In this document: one piece after another, positions 26,101 through 38,100 of the stretch
Layout of the letters: every line of letters starts with the position of its first letter
Numbering within the stretch: the stretch's first letter is position 1
DNA from: Raillietiella orientalis
Taxonomy: Eukaryota
Reading direction: 5' to 3'
Length of the DNA stretch: 64,000 nucleotides
NCBI GenBank assembly: GCA_036172245.1
Contig: JAYWIR010000006.1
Span: 3,348,001-3,412,000, forward strand
Translations under genes and position numbers: made by a program
Notes under the pieces: model-generated
Database searches by the model: none
Seen by the model: only the letters and a program-made list of their open reading frames with translations
What the model was told of the DNA's origin: nothing

Positions 26101-29100
26101 GCTAAAAACAGATTCACACGAGAGACCTGTAATCGGTATGGTCAGCAGCGGAAGATGGGGAAGCGCTGCTTGTCGGCAATGGACCCTTCCCAGGAGATGG
26201 AAGGCGTGCGAGGTCACGTGTACTCTCGCTTAGAAGTTACGTGGGCCGCTCATTCGAAAAACCACTCGTGCTCGTCTGGAAGCTTCGCTTCCATCTCGGA
26301 AGGCGGACGCAGATTACGAGGAGGGGTGGGGAGGGACTGACCCGTCTCCAGCAACGGCGGGCATCGCTTTCGGAGCGGAAGGGTTCGCTGCCGTCTGTGG
26401 TGCTAGCGTGCCTCGGGTAGGCTTTCCACCTGCCCGCAGGCGACCAGCGGGTGCAGCGACCGCGGAATGACCTCCTCGCGGGCATGCGGTGCACAGGGAG
26501 CAGGGTTGTCCGCCATGTCGCCCTGGGAGATTTCCACTTTTCTCAGGCCGTGAAGTATCCGCGGAGGGGAAGAAGGGAAAACAAGAGCGGAGCTCACTCG
26601 ACCCATAAATTTGGCATTTTTTATTTTTTTTCCAGAAAATAGGAGATCCAGAAAATCAATACTCAAATCGATCCTGAATTCCAATGATCAGATAATCAGC
26701 ACACGCACACACGTACGCACACAGAATGCTCGGCGTGATGTCTTTGAGGAGAGCATCTGCAAGGCTCTCGGCTTCACGGGTTCAATGAGGCGATTTAATC
26801 TCGAGATTTAGCCCTCGCAGAATTCTGCAAGATTTTCATTTTATCATTATTATTATTTTACCGATCCCCGCGTCCAAACTGCATTTTTACTCCGGCCCTC
26901 CTTGCACTCCCGCGCTTTTCCTCTGGGGGATCGCATGGATCGGGCGTGACGCGGAAGCTGCGAGATTTTCTCCCCCTCCTCCTTGAGCTAACTGATATTT
27001 ATGAATCTCTCCGAAGGAAGGATTCATAAATATCAGTTAGCGCTTCTGCAAGGCTTTTAATTGAAACGCTCATCGGCATCCGGCGACGTGTCCGCCATTT
27101 GCCCGCGCGCGCTCGGGCAGGACGGCGATACGATTGAGACTTCACCGCAGCTACCGATGCAACCTGGGGAGCACGGCGGGTACCCCTGTGACGTGACCGG
27201 CGAGCAGATCCGGGGAAGCTCCGCTGCCGCCCTTTCCTGCCCTAGGGAGAAGCACTCCCTGCGCTTCCCGCCCCGCTGCTGCATGGGAGGTGCGCACAGT
27301 CAAAGCTGGTGCAGCGGGGGACGTGCTCGAGAGAAAAAAGAGGGAGGAGCAGAAACCGTCCGGGCCCGATGACGGAGAGGCGCAGTGTTGCCAAGGGAGG
27401 AAAACGGGACCGGCGAACGTTCTTTTTGCTTTCGGTTCGAGGTCGACTGCTCTTGTTGGGATTGCTGGGACGAAGACCCCGGAGGACGGGCAAAGTCTTC
27501 CGGAGGAGAGCGCCCTTCCCAACTTCCGAATCAGGAACTCATAATGGAGGCATAGATCATTCAGGTCACCACAGGATATTACAGATTATCCTGAACGCTC
27601 ATGGATTAGGCCAGGTTTTCACTCTTTGAAAGAGTGACAGGTCCTCACTCTTTGAAAGAGTGAGGACCTGTCATGTTTATATGTCATGTTTGTGACAGGT
27701 TTAACATAAGTACGTTTGATTAATTATTGCTTAATTGAAAGATTAATCAACTGCATTTATGTTAGATGATTCACATTAATAACTACTTTCAATGGAACTG
27801 AATCAAACAGCAATTTGATTTTATGATCATTAAGTATGACAAAATGATTAAAAAAGAATAACGCCTCATTATCATTTCATCCTCAGCTTCACCTATTAAA
27901 AACACATAAATTAACTCAAAATTCACTTTCAATCTTGAATTTTGCACAAGCGGAACTCGAGACTCCATACTCGCGCAAAACCGAGCATGGCGTCTTCCGT
28001 AGAAACGGGCCTACGAGAGAGGCGCGTCTCGAACGAAGAAGTTTGAGATGATCGGATCCTCGCTCTTGAACGGAGGACACACTTTGACCATCTTTCGGCT
28101 TCCTAAGGGTGAGGGTGAGGGTGAGGTGCTGGTTGGGGGGGAGGTGGAGAGTTGTGCGCGAAAGAGAAGGGAAGGAGGGCAGAGAGCGACGACGATGCGC
28201 CGCCTCTTCGCTTCGCCCGGCTCTCGCGAAGAGTGCCAGGGCGCGCCACGAGTCCCCATCCCACCCCATCACGCTCAATGGTCTCAGGCTCTACGTTCCC
28301 TGGAGTTGAAAGGACCCTCAGCCAGCGTTTCGCGGTTGTGGCGGCGTGACGTCACTCGCGCGCTCGCGGCTCGGGGAGCGGGAGGAGCGCGCTTTGGAGG
28401 CAAATGGACTAGTAGGCGTGCTCCCTCCTCTTCTCCCTCTTTTCCTCCCCACTTCTGCGCCTCTCCCCTTTTCCCTCTTCTCCTCCCCCTTTCCCTTCCC
28501 ATGGGTTTCCCGGGCAACGGCGGATGCGAGGAGCTCCGGGCCACGTATCTCTCGTCCCAGTGGGAGAACTGGCTGTCGGCGGGGACCTGGCGCCTTCCGT
28601 GCAGCAGGAGCGACGAAGGAGAAAGAGGGGGGGGGGGGGAAGGAACTCGAACCCCCCACCCGTGACGTCACTGCCTGCCTTTCTCCCCCTTCCCCCCCCA
28701 ACACACGTGCACAGACCTGACGAGGACAGGTTGGGCACGTAGTCCACGACGAGACTGGACGAGTTAGAGGTCCTCGGGAAGCCCTGGAGGGCCGACAGAT
28801 GCTGGTACTGACTCTCGCCCTTGGAGCTGTTGACCACAACTTCGGGCCGCCTCTCCTTGCAGGAACTCCCAAAAGAGCGCGGCGGACTTCCTCTCGGGAG
28901 CACACCTTTACGCGACTCGTTCCACTCCCTGGCTTGCCTGAAGACCTGGTGAGTGCCTTCGGCGCTGTCTTGCTCTGGAAAGATCAGCCGTCGGCGAACC
29001 CGCCCCCGCTGCCTCCGGAAGGAAGTGACCCTGGAGGACGAGGAGGAAAATGGGAGAAGAAAGGAGGAGAAAGGAAGGAGGAAGAGGAAGGGCGGAGGAT

Positions 29101-32100
29101 GAAGAATAAGAGGAAGGGAGGAGGGAGAGGGAGAAGGAGAAGGAAGGAGAAGAAGAAGGAAGGAGGAGAAGGAAGGGGGAAAGGGAAGAGGAATTCTCTC
29201 CCCAAGACCGTCGCTGCTTTGGCGACCCCCTCTTCTCCTCTCTCCTCCCACTCTCCTGGTCCTCCTTCCCCTCTTCCCGACCATGCGTCCCCCCAGCCAC
29301 TCACGGTCATCGTTCTCGTTCACCAGCCTCGAGTCGATGTCTGACGTGGACTTCTGTCTCCTCAATAGCTTTGTCTTGGGGTGGCAGGTCTGAGCCTTGC
29401 CCTTGCAGCCCGCGTGGACGTTCTGCTTGCACAGTCGGCACTTGAGGCCCTGCTTCGTGTGACCTGAAGACAGGAAGGTCAGCAGCGATCAGTACGATTT
29501 TCTGTCCACCCTCCCATTGCTTCTTATGAGGGTGCAGGCCCCCCCGAGAAGGTTTCTGCGGAGAGCCGCTCCTTGCTCGGTCTTGGGCGAGCGAGGAGCG
29601 GCCGGGATGCGAAAGGGGAGGGGAGGGGTCTTTTCCCATGGAGACGTCCTACTCGGGTCCTGCGAAACCCGAAGCGCCTCCCTCCGCGAGCGCCGTTGTC
29701 CACGCCTCAGGCAATGTGGGAGTGCCGGCTAGGGGAACGGACGGCAACGTACCGCCCCAGGTGGCGCATGCGTCCCCCCTATGCACTCCTCGTCCGCTCT
29801 ACTCCCCCACCCACCGCGCCCTCTTCACAGATGAGTCTACGAAAAGGTGGGATGCTGCCCTCCCAAGGTCTGAGCCTCCTCCTGTCGGACCCCCAGGACG
29901 TCCTGATTCCTGCCGAGACGAGAAGGAAGGGCCATTTCTGGAGTTGCGGGAGGGAGCTCCCACGCGACGTCAGGGTGGCGACGCAGACTGCGGGAGAGGG
30001 AGTGGTCTAGAAGAAGAGAAACTGAGTCGTGCCAGTCCGTCGTTACCGCCGCCATCACCACGATCGTTGGCGCCGTCGCCGTCGTCGCAACCGTCATCCT
30101 CCCCGCCACGACCCTGTCGTCATCGTCATCTGCGCCATGATCGTCATCACCATGGCCATCCCCGAAACTCTCGTCACCGCTGTTAAGACTTCATCGTCAC
30201 CCTTCCCACGGTCGACATCGTCATCGTTATCATGGCTGTCATACACCTCCGTCCCTTGCCCGTCCTCCCCTTGTAGGCTGCAGCTCAGGGGCGTAGCGCC
30301 TTCCGGTTCCGCAGGGCGCGCACCCTTTCCTTTCCACACTGCGTCCGCGAGTACCCTGAACCGTCGCCGCCGCCGCGGGAAGCCGATGAGGCGGGAGCAG
30401 GGGTGCCGCCTCCCGTTCCCAGAATCTCTCGACCTGACCAGGACACGGCGTGGGCGCACCGCCGCGAGCAGCCGCTGTGGTCCGTCGCCCACGAAGGCGT
30501 GACGAAGGCGCGGTTCCCTGTTGATGACCGGAGGAACGCACGTCGCACGGGGAAGGCGCACCTTGCGTCCTTCTCGAACAAGTGCCGTCATGGCCTGACT
30601 GGCGCGTCGGCGGAACCCGAGCCAGCGGCGCTCCAGCTGTGTGTGCGGAGACAGCATCCCCCTGGAAGACTGGAAGATTCCCGAAACGGATGCCAGGATG
30701 GCTTCACCCCGCAAGGGAGGCTCCCTCTATCGCGTGGTGCCTTCGCCTCCTCGCTTGGTCCCCTGGGAGCCACCTTTGCCAAATGCCTGTTTGGCCAGTC
30801 AGAGGCGAGAGGAAACCCCGACCTTTCAAGGGTTGCCTCCGGCGAGTCTGATCCGTTTGCACCTCGCAAAAAGATCATGCGAATTCGCTGCCTCCACGGC
30901 AGTTTCGTGAGCGCGCGCGCGTTCCCGACTATCGCCGGCGGGAGGAGGAAGGGAGGAGGAGGAATGCATGGTTGCGCGGTCCACTTCGCGACATCCTCGC
31001 GAAGTGGACCTCCGGAAACCGCCCGCCTCCAGAAGTGGCCTGGGCTCCATCTCCGGGAGGTTTCGACCGTTCATCTTCAAACAGCATCTCTTTCAACTGC
31101 CGCCGTGTTTCGTTAGGTAAGAAATTCAGTGTCTCAATGAAGGTTTTCGACGCACCCACATTTCAGCAGCCGTCAGCCTTCGTCAAAGGTCTGTCTCTGA
31201 GTCGGAGAGCCACCGTCTTTCCCATCTAAGGGCAGTTTCTCTGCATCGTTTCTGCTGGCGGTTGGGAACGGGAAGTACCAGCAGAGCGAATTTCAATCTC
31301 TGGACATGGCGTGTCTGTGTGCCCTCTTTTCCAGCTCGTACCAGCGCTAACTCGTGCGCAGCATTTGTACGCAGCATTTGCCGTCCCCGCTTGGGGCGTT
31401 GAGGCTCCGCGCGACCACGCTAAGAATTTTTAAGCAGCCGTAAAGACCGAAAATCGAGATGACCTTCCGTGCCTTTCTCTGTACAGTGGTACCTCGGTAC
31501 TCGTCAGTAATTCGTTCTGGAACTCATGACGAGTGCCGAACCAACGACTACCGGACGAATTTTTCTATATAACCATGATTGACGCTTGAAATGCACAGAA
31601 AGCACACACAAAAGGGAAAGATCCGGGAGGCACTCTATGAAAGTGTTCGGCACTGTTGGCGAGCTACCATGAGAAGAAAGGGTTCACTTGTTTCATCATG
31701 AGAGTGAGTTCCGAACATGGCCCGAGTGTCGAAACATCTTTTCCTCGTCAAAATGCGACGATAACTGAGTTTGACGAGTTCCGACACCGTCGCGTACCGA
31801 GATGCTGCTGTATCTCCGTTCGGAGGCACCTCTTGTGCTGATGCTTCTTTGATCGGTTAAGAACGGAAACGTCGCAAGAAAAAAAGTCGGTTTCGGATCG
31901 ATCCAGACGAGAGCATGTTCCCCCTCCGTGACGAAACCTGACGAATTGGTGTCGCAGAAGAGGGTGACATCTGCGAAACGAAGGGAGGAGGAGAGCTGCC
32001 ACCAATTCAGCGAACGTCTCATGCGAAAGACTTTTCTTCGTCCCCCTCCCCTCCCTTTTGGATCCATGGCAGTATTCTCCAGGTCATCTCGGAAGAAAGA

Positions 32101-35100
32101 TCTATCCAGCCTTGTTCCAATTTTCCTGTTCTCGACGTGGACCGTAGTTCCAGCGTCGAGATGACCGATTCGAAATGGAGAGTCCTGATGGAAAAAGGGG
32201 AGGAAAGCCCTTCCGGATCCTTCTGTTTCCGTTGCTTTTTTATTTTTCTTCTTCCCCTTTTTTTCGGGTTTTCTTCCTTTCTTTTTGGAGCTCGCCGAAT
32301 GCTGGAAAACCGCTCGCCTTCTCAGGGAGAGCTCACGAAAGTCTTTGACGTTGTCCACCCCACCCGAGGGTGAGTATGACCCTTCCAAATAGGGATACCC
32401 CAAGAGGGAACCACCCTATGTATCCAGGGAGGCTCTGGAGGAAGGAGTCCGTTCCTCTCACGCTTGGGAGGGAGCCCCGAAAGAAAATTCCTCTTCCTCA
32501 TTCCCTCCGGAGGGACTCCCCGGATGGAGCCACTCTTTTGTTTGCTCGTGATGAGGAAAGCATCGTACGTCAGATAGTATTTGAACTGCGTAATGGTGAG
32601 CGTGTCACTTCTACAGAGGGAACCCGGAAAGGATCTGCTCCTTGTTTCCTTCTCTGAAGAGAACCCCGAAGGGGTGCTTCCAAATTTTTTCTGGAGGGTC
32701 ACTCCCGAAGGAAGCAGCGCACTTCTTCATCCTCTTTGATCCTCCCGAGAAGGCATCAACCAGGTCCATGGCACGCGTATGGAGGGTTCCCCCCCTAGAG
32801 CGAGGAAGGGACGATTCCATTTTCACAACCGGAGGGGGGACTTTGAATATCCGTCATTCTCAGAGGGACCAACATCCAATTCCGGAGGTCAGTCAACGGG
32901 GGCATCCAAGGGTTTTCGGCTGCTTCCACCAGTGCCGCACCCAGGCACCATCCTGTGAGGGAACCGGAAACCCATGAAGCACCCTCCGTCGATCCTCCAC
33001 GTGGAGATTCCAGCCCGAAATCTCGGTGCCGAGCACGGAGACCACAGCCGCACTCACGCCAACGCGGAGTTCACCACCTCCCTCAATCGGCGGACGGCAA
33101 CTCGCCGTAGGGCAGCAGTAAACGCTCGAAAAGTTCCCACGTGGAACTCCTCAGTGTGTGTGGTGCGTGCCTCCGGTGCCTCCGGATCCAGGATGTCCGC
33201 GGTGCCAAAAAGCATCTTAGATGAACTTTGTTGCGCTTGGGCCATCAGCTCAAGTCCCTGCAGCTGCTCCGTGGTTGCTTCCCCCACCGAAGATTCCCAG
33301 CGGGTCCGAAGAAGTCGACGCCGTGATGGTTTCGCCTGGCTGCTTTACGGCTTTTCCCGTCGCCATCCCCACTCTCCATCCGTTTGCCAAGTACACTCTG
33401 GGAATTCCGTGGCAACGCAGCCCTTCCAGGCACACTGCACGCCTGTGCTGGTGCTGATTTCGGCGATTTTCAAACCGGAGGCTTCGAACCGTCGCTCACA
33501 GGCTGCCCAGAAGCGCCCGAGGGCTTTGCGACCTTTCAGCTTCCCAGTGAGCAGGATCGGATCACGCACGTTCGTGCCTCTCACTCAAAGTACTGCGTCC
33601 TTTGACTGACAACTCTGCCATCTCCCGGATGGAGAACGCATTCCTCAGGAAAAGGACGCGGAAGTGCGGGCGCAGTTGCCTTCCTGACTTCTTTGGTTCC
33701 CGCTGAAGAGAGCTAATGGCCCAAGTGAAACAAAGTTCATCTAAGATGCTTTTTCTCCTGCTTCTCACTTGCTCCCGTTTCAGCATCATCCTCTCAGTTT
33801 TCTGTTATTTATTTCTTTCGTGGAGGTGGAGTGGCTTGCTGGTTCCATATGGCATTTTCCATATGGCGCTTTCCATATGGCGTCTTTCCACATGCCACTG
33901 TGAGGACTGCTTTCCGAGAAAGAATGCGATTCCAATAACCAAGCCAATTCAGACTTCCTTTTGAACGAATTTCCAAATGAGTTGCTGCCCACATTGATAG
34001 ACAAAGAAAGACCAGTACAGCTCACGGTATTTATTGTACTGTGCGTATTTTATTCAGGCATCAAGTCGTGCCGCTCTGCATCAGGATGTTTATCACCCGG
34101 ATATGCCGGGGCATTTATTGTTAAAATTTTTATAATAAATATTTTATCACGTGCATCAGGATGTACGTGATGATTTACGTCAGTTTCATACACTTTCTTA
34201 TACGGAAATGAACCACATGGGTCCTCCTTCAGTTGAATCCACACGGTGAAGATCAAAATCGTTGCAGTCTCTGATGACGAGGATCAATACATTCGAATGA
34301 GATCTCATCCGCTCCCTTCATAATGCATTCGTACCTGAATAAAACCATCAATTTTTTCAGAACCTGCATGCCCGCGACACATATGCCCCGCAATTCGGTT
34401 CATTTGAAGGTAAAGGGAATGGGAGGCAAGCAGACCTCCCTAAATGAACGCGGCAGAGTCTCCCTGGGCAGTGCACCCTTACGCGACTCGCTCAACTCCC
34501 TGGCTTGCCAGAAGACCAGTGGATACTTTCGGCACTGTCTTGCTCTGGAAAGATCAGCCGTGCGCGAGCCAGCTCCCTCTGCCCCCAGAAAGAAGCCATC
34601 CTGGAGGATGAGGAGGAAGGAGGAGGAGGAAAGGAAGAGGAAGAGGGAGAGGGGGGGAAGGAAGGAGAACCTCTTTCAAAGACGGATCGTTCTCTCCAAG
34701 GCCATCTCCCTGGCAACTCCTTCTTCCCCTCTCCCTGCTCCGTCGAAGTACTTCTTGCATTTCCAAGGATCAGTTTTGTATGGATAGTGTTCGATATACA
34801 TATGCAGTCCTTGTGAAATCAAAACCTTTGCCTATACGCATTTTTTTTTTTTTTTCCTGATTATTCCAGTATCAGTGGATTGGAGCATGTCAAGAGATCC
34901 ATGTTTCCTTAGCGGATGTAAGTGGTTCTCTTTGTTTGCGAATCACCGTGTACGTCGTAAAGAGGACCACTTGGAACTTTCCATGATTGGTTGTTACTTT
35001 CGCTGCTCCGAAGGTCTCCCGGTATGTTTGCGAGAAGCCGCCCCCCTCAGCGAGTTTTGAAACATCGGCAGTTGTTCACCAACAGCTCCAGTTCTCTCTC

Positions 35101-38100
35101 TGTATGTGTGAGAGCACCATCTGCTAGGGTGCGAATATTCCCTCAAGCCAACATTTGAAATTGCTTTGTCTTTCGCGACTCGCTGTTCCCGTGTCTATGG
35201 GAATCCTTGTATCCTTCCCATCCGTTGCCAACTCTTGCTGGTTAAATGGAAAGACACATGGAGCATTCACGTTTGTATCCATGTACAGACTTTTCCTGTC
35301 TTCCTTGTTCTTTCTCGAAGAAAAACAAAAAACATCTGTACACAGATACAGACGTATTGCTGCTCCGTGTTTCATGTGCCTTTTCCGAAAGAAAAACTGG
35401 GAGTTTCCTTGTAATAGTAATAAATACAAAAAAAAAAAAAAGGGAGGGGAGATGGATTCATCTGTTCGGCGATCCAGGAGAGAGGACTCAAGCTCTTTTA
35501 ATGGAAAGTTGTCTCACGTGATTCTTTCGTGTCTGCGGGAATCCCTGGAGTCGAAAAATTCCAACTGCCGTTCCGAAAATTTCTCCCGGAAATGACTGTT
35601 CATCAACTCTGAAGACGGCGAGTTGCTTCAAGGACAGCAGAAGAGGTGTTTGTTGAATCAATGCAAAGTAGTGTTTGGAAAAGCCAAAAACATCTATCGA
35701 CAACTTTGGGCTGCCAGTTTCTGTGCACCTTCGTAACACAATTCTTGCAGTTCATTACCGTTATGTAACACTGCAAACTCACGAAACTTCGCGGAGCAAT
35801 TACCCCGAAGACCAGGAGACGCGAAAGGCTTTCAGAATCGACGTCTCATTCACGGATGCTGAAAGCCCACCGCAAACTTCATATCCCCTTCATCGCCCGC
35901 CTTCCATATTTCCCTGAAAGATTTTCCAGGAGTTTGCTGGGTGCTATGGATATGCCGGCCGCAGAAATGAGCTGCAGATTCGCCGCATCACCGTGCCTCC
36001 CTTCACCAGAGCTCGATTGCGTTGCCAATGGCTTCAAAGGAAACTTCCGAAACACGGGAAAATCGTTCCAGAAAATGACAGATTTTTTGCTTGGGTAACG
36101 GACTGCTTTGTAAGTGCTTCAGAAAGCGGAGATGAAGATTGTTTATGGTCGACAAAGGCGGAAAGTCGATGGCACTGCATCTTCCAGCTACAGATGAAAA
36201 ATGAAGGCGCAATTAGTACCAATCGCGCATTGCCTCAACCAAGTTCCCCTGCTTACGGAGCTTTCTGCCTCGTCTTCCTGCGAAGAGGTGGCACTACGAA
36301 ATTCCGCTAAAAAAGCGTCGACTGAGTTGTAAGGTGGTCTGTTATCTCAAAGAAGCACCGGTTAACTCATGCTATGAGCGTCGCGATCAATGAGATCCTA
36401 ACACCCACTTGCAACATGATTATTTATAAAAACATAGTAAATATACACACACTTATTGAAAATCTTATGAGTGCACGTGAGTGGGACGAAAGGGACACAA
36501 ATAGTTGCGATAGCACCTCGAAAGACCAAATGAAGCCGTTTGATCGGTATGCAAACCTTTGAACGCGGAACCATAAAAGACGTGCCGCACTTGTGAGTGG
36601 GTGTTGAGTGGTCACGTGTACTAGAAAAAAGCACAAAATCCTACATATTCTTGAAAGGTGAATACTTCTGAAAAGTACCCTCGAAGAGGCAATCACGTTC
36701 CTTGTTTGGTGCACGCCAATAGGTGCACACCTATTGGCGTGCACCTGTTGGCGTCTGGATCTTCTGCCGGTCCGCGAACGGTAGTGTCTGGTTGCAGGAA
36801 ACCGTTCACTCATGGACCAAGAACACGAAGCGACACCGGAGATGCAGCAGCGACTGCTGCGCTCCTTCTACGACAACCGCTCGCTGCAGGACGTCATCAT
36901 GCAGCCCACCACGTGTGCGTGGGCGCAAAGAACCTCACTAGCAGCAGCACTGCTCACCAAAAAAATTAGGTCATTGAACCACGGACCAGCTCACGGACTC
37001 GCGACCCCAAGTGCTCCACCGAAGGGATTATAGCGCTGAGGTGAGCTGCTGAGAATCCTACAGTAAGTCCTCGAGTAGCCCCCAGCGCTGAAGAACAATC
37101 GGGCCATCCCACTGAAGTGGCAAGAGTAGGCACTCCTGCTGTTGCACTCAAGTATCCCATGCAGCGCCTGCCAGTCTCACTGGGAGCTGTGAACCCTGTG
37201 GTTGCGTTACACAACGGCCCTTTGAGCACTGAGGGACAATCCCAGGAAAGTGTTGAAACACCTCTTCGTGCGCGACACCCTTTCGTCTGCTGCATCCCCA
37301 GCAGCTCTTTGCTGCTTGTCTACGTGGGACTGTGGCAGCCTGGAGCTACGCGAGAGGAGGATGGCACGATGGGAACGCCATCTGCTTCGCCCTGCGCTTC
37401 CTGCGGACGGCAGCAAGATGGCACGAACTGGGGCATACTCAGGGGGAACTTGCGGGCATCCTGGAAAGGATGTAGAAGACGCCCACCAGTTCCCAGTGAT
37501 CCCTTTCCTTACCCTACCAAGTTTTTGTATATATTTTTTTGTTTTATTTTTATTTTTGCTTGCTCCCTCTCCCCCTGCTGTTGGAGCGAACCCTCGCCGG
37601 CCTGCATGTTGATTACTCGGCAGGTTTCGAGCATTTTCGGACGATGTAGGGCCGATAGCCCTACATATGTACGTTTCTTTTTTATAATAAACGTCTCGGC
37701 GTGATCGGGTAATAAACCAATAGGTGCACACCGGATGCGCGGGCATGCCAGCAAGCAGCCTGGTATTTCCTTTATTATTATTATTTTTTTTGGTACAATT
37801 AGAAGCCCCATTTCGAGAGAAGCCTTGATGGTTAACGTGAGCCAATCGACAACACGAAGTGAACCAACTTTATTTGGGACTCGTCTCGTGCTGGCACTCC
37901 CCAGCAGCGGCTGCTGGCTTGAGAGCGGGCGATTGCGTAATCAAAGGATTGGTCTCTTCTCAAAGAGCTCATACAGAAGCACGTGCATGGAGATACAAAG
38001 CAAATGTGATCATGTCACGTCGCGAACTGCAGTTGAAGGAACAGAGATGAGCTCTTAAGTCAGCTGGAGACACCCCAAAGTTGCTTTTTGGATCTCTTCC

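Noticed and set aside
33054..33287. Minus-strand exon-like ORF ending at gtgagt
   Set aside because: The apparent donor lies inside the head of SINE copy 3, and inclusion would interrupt the C1 domain.
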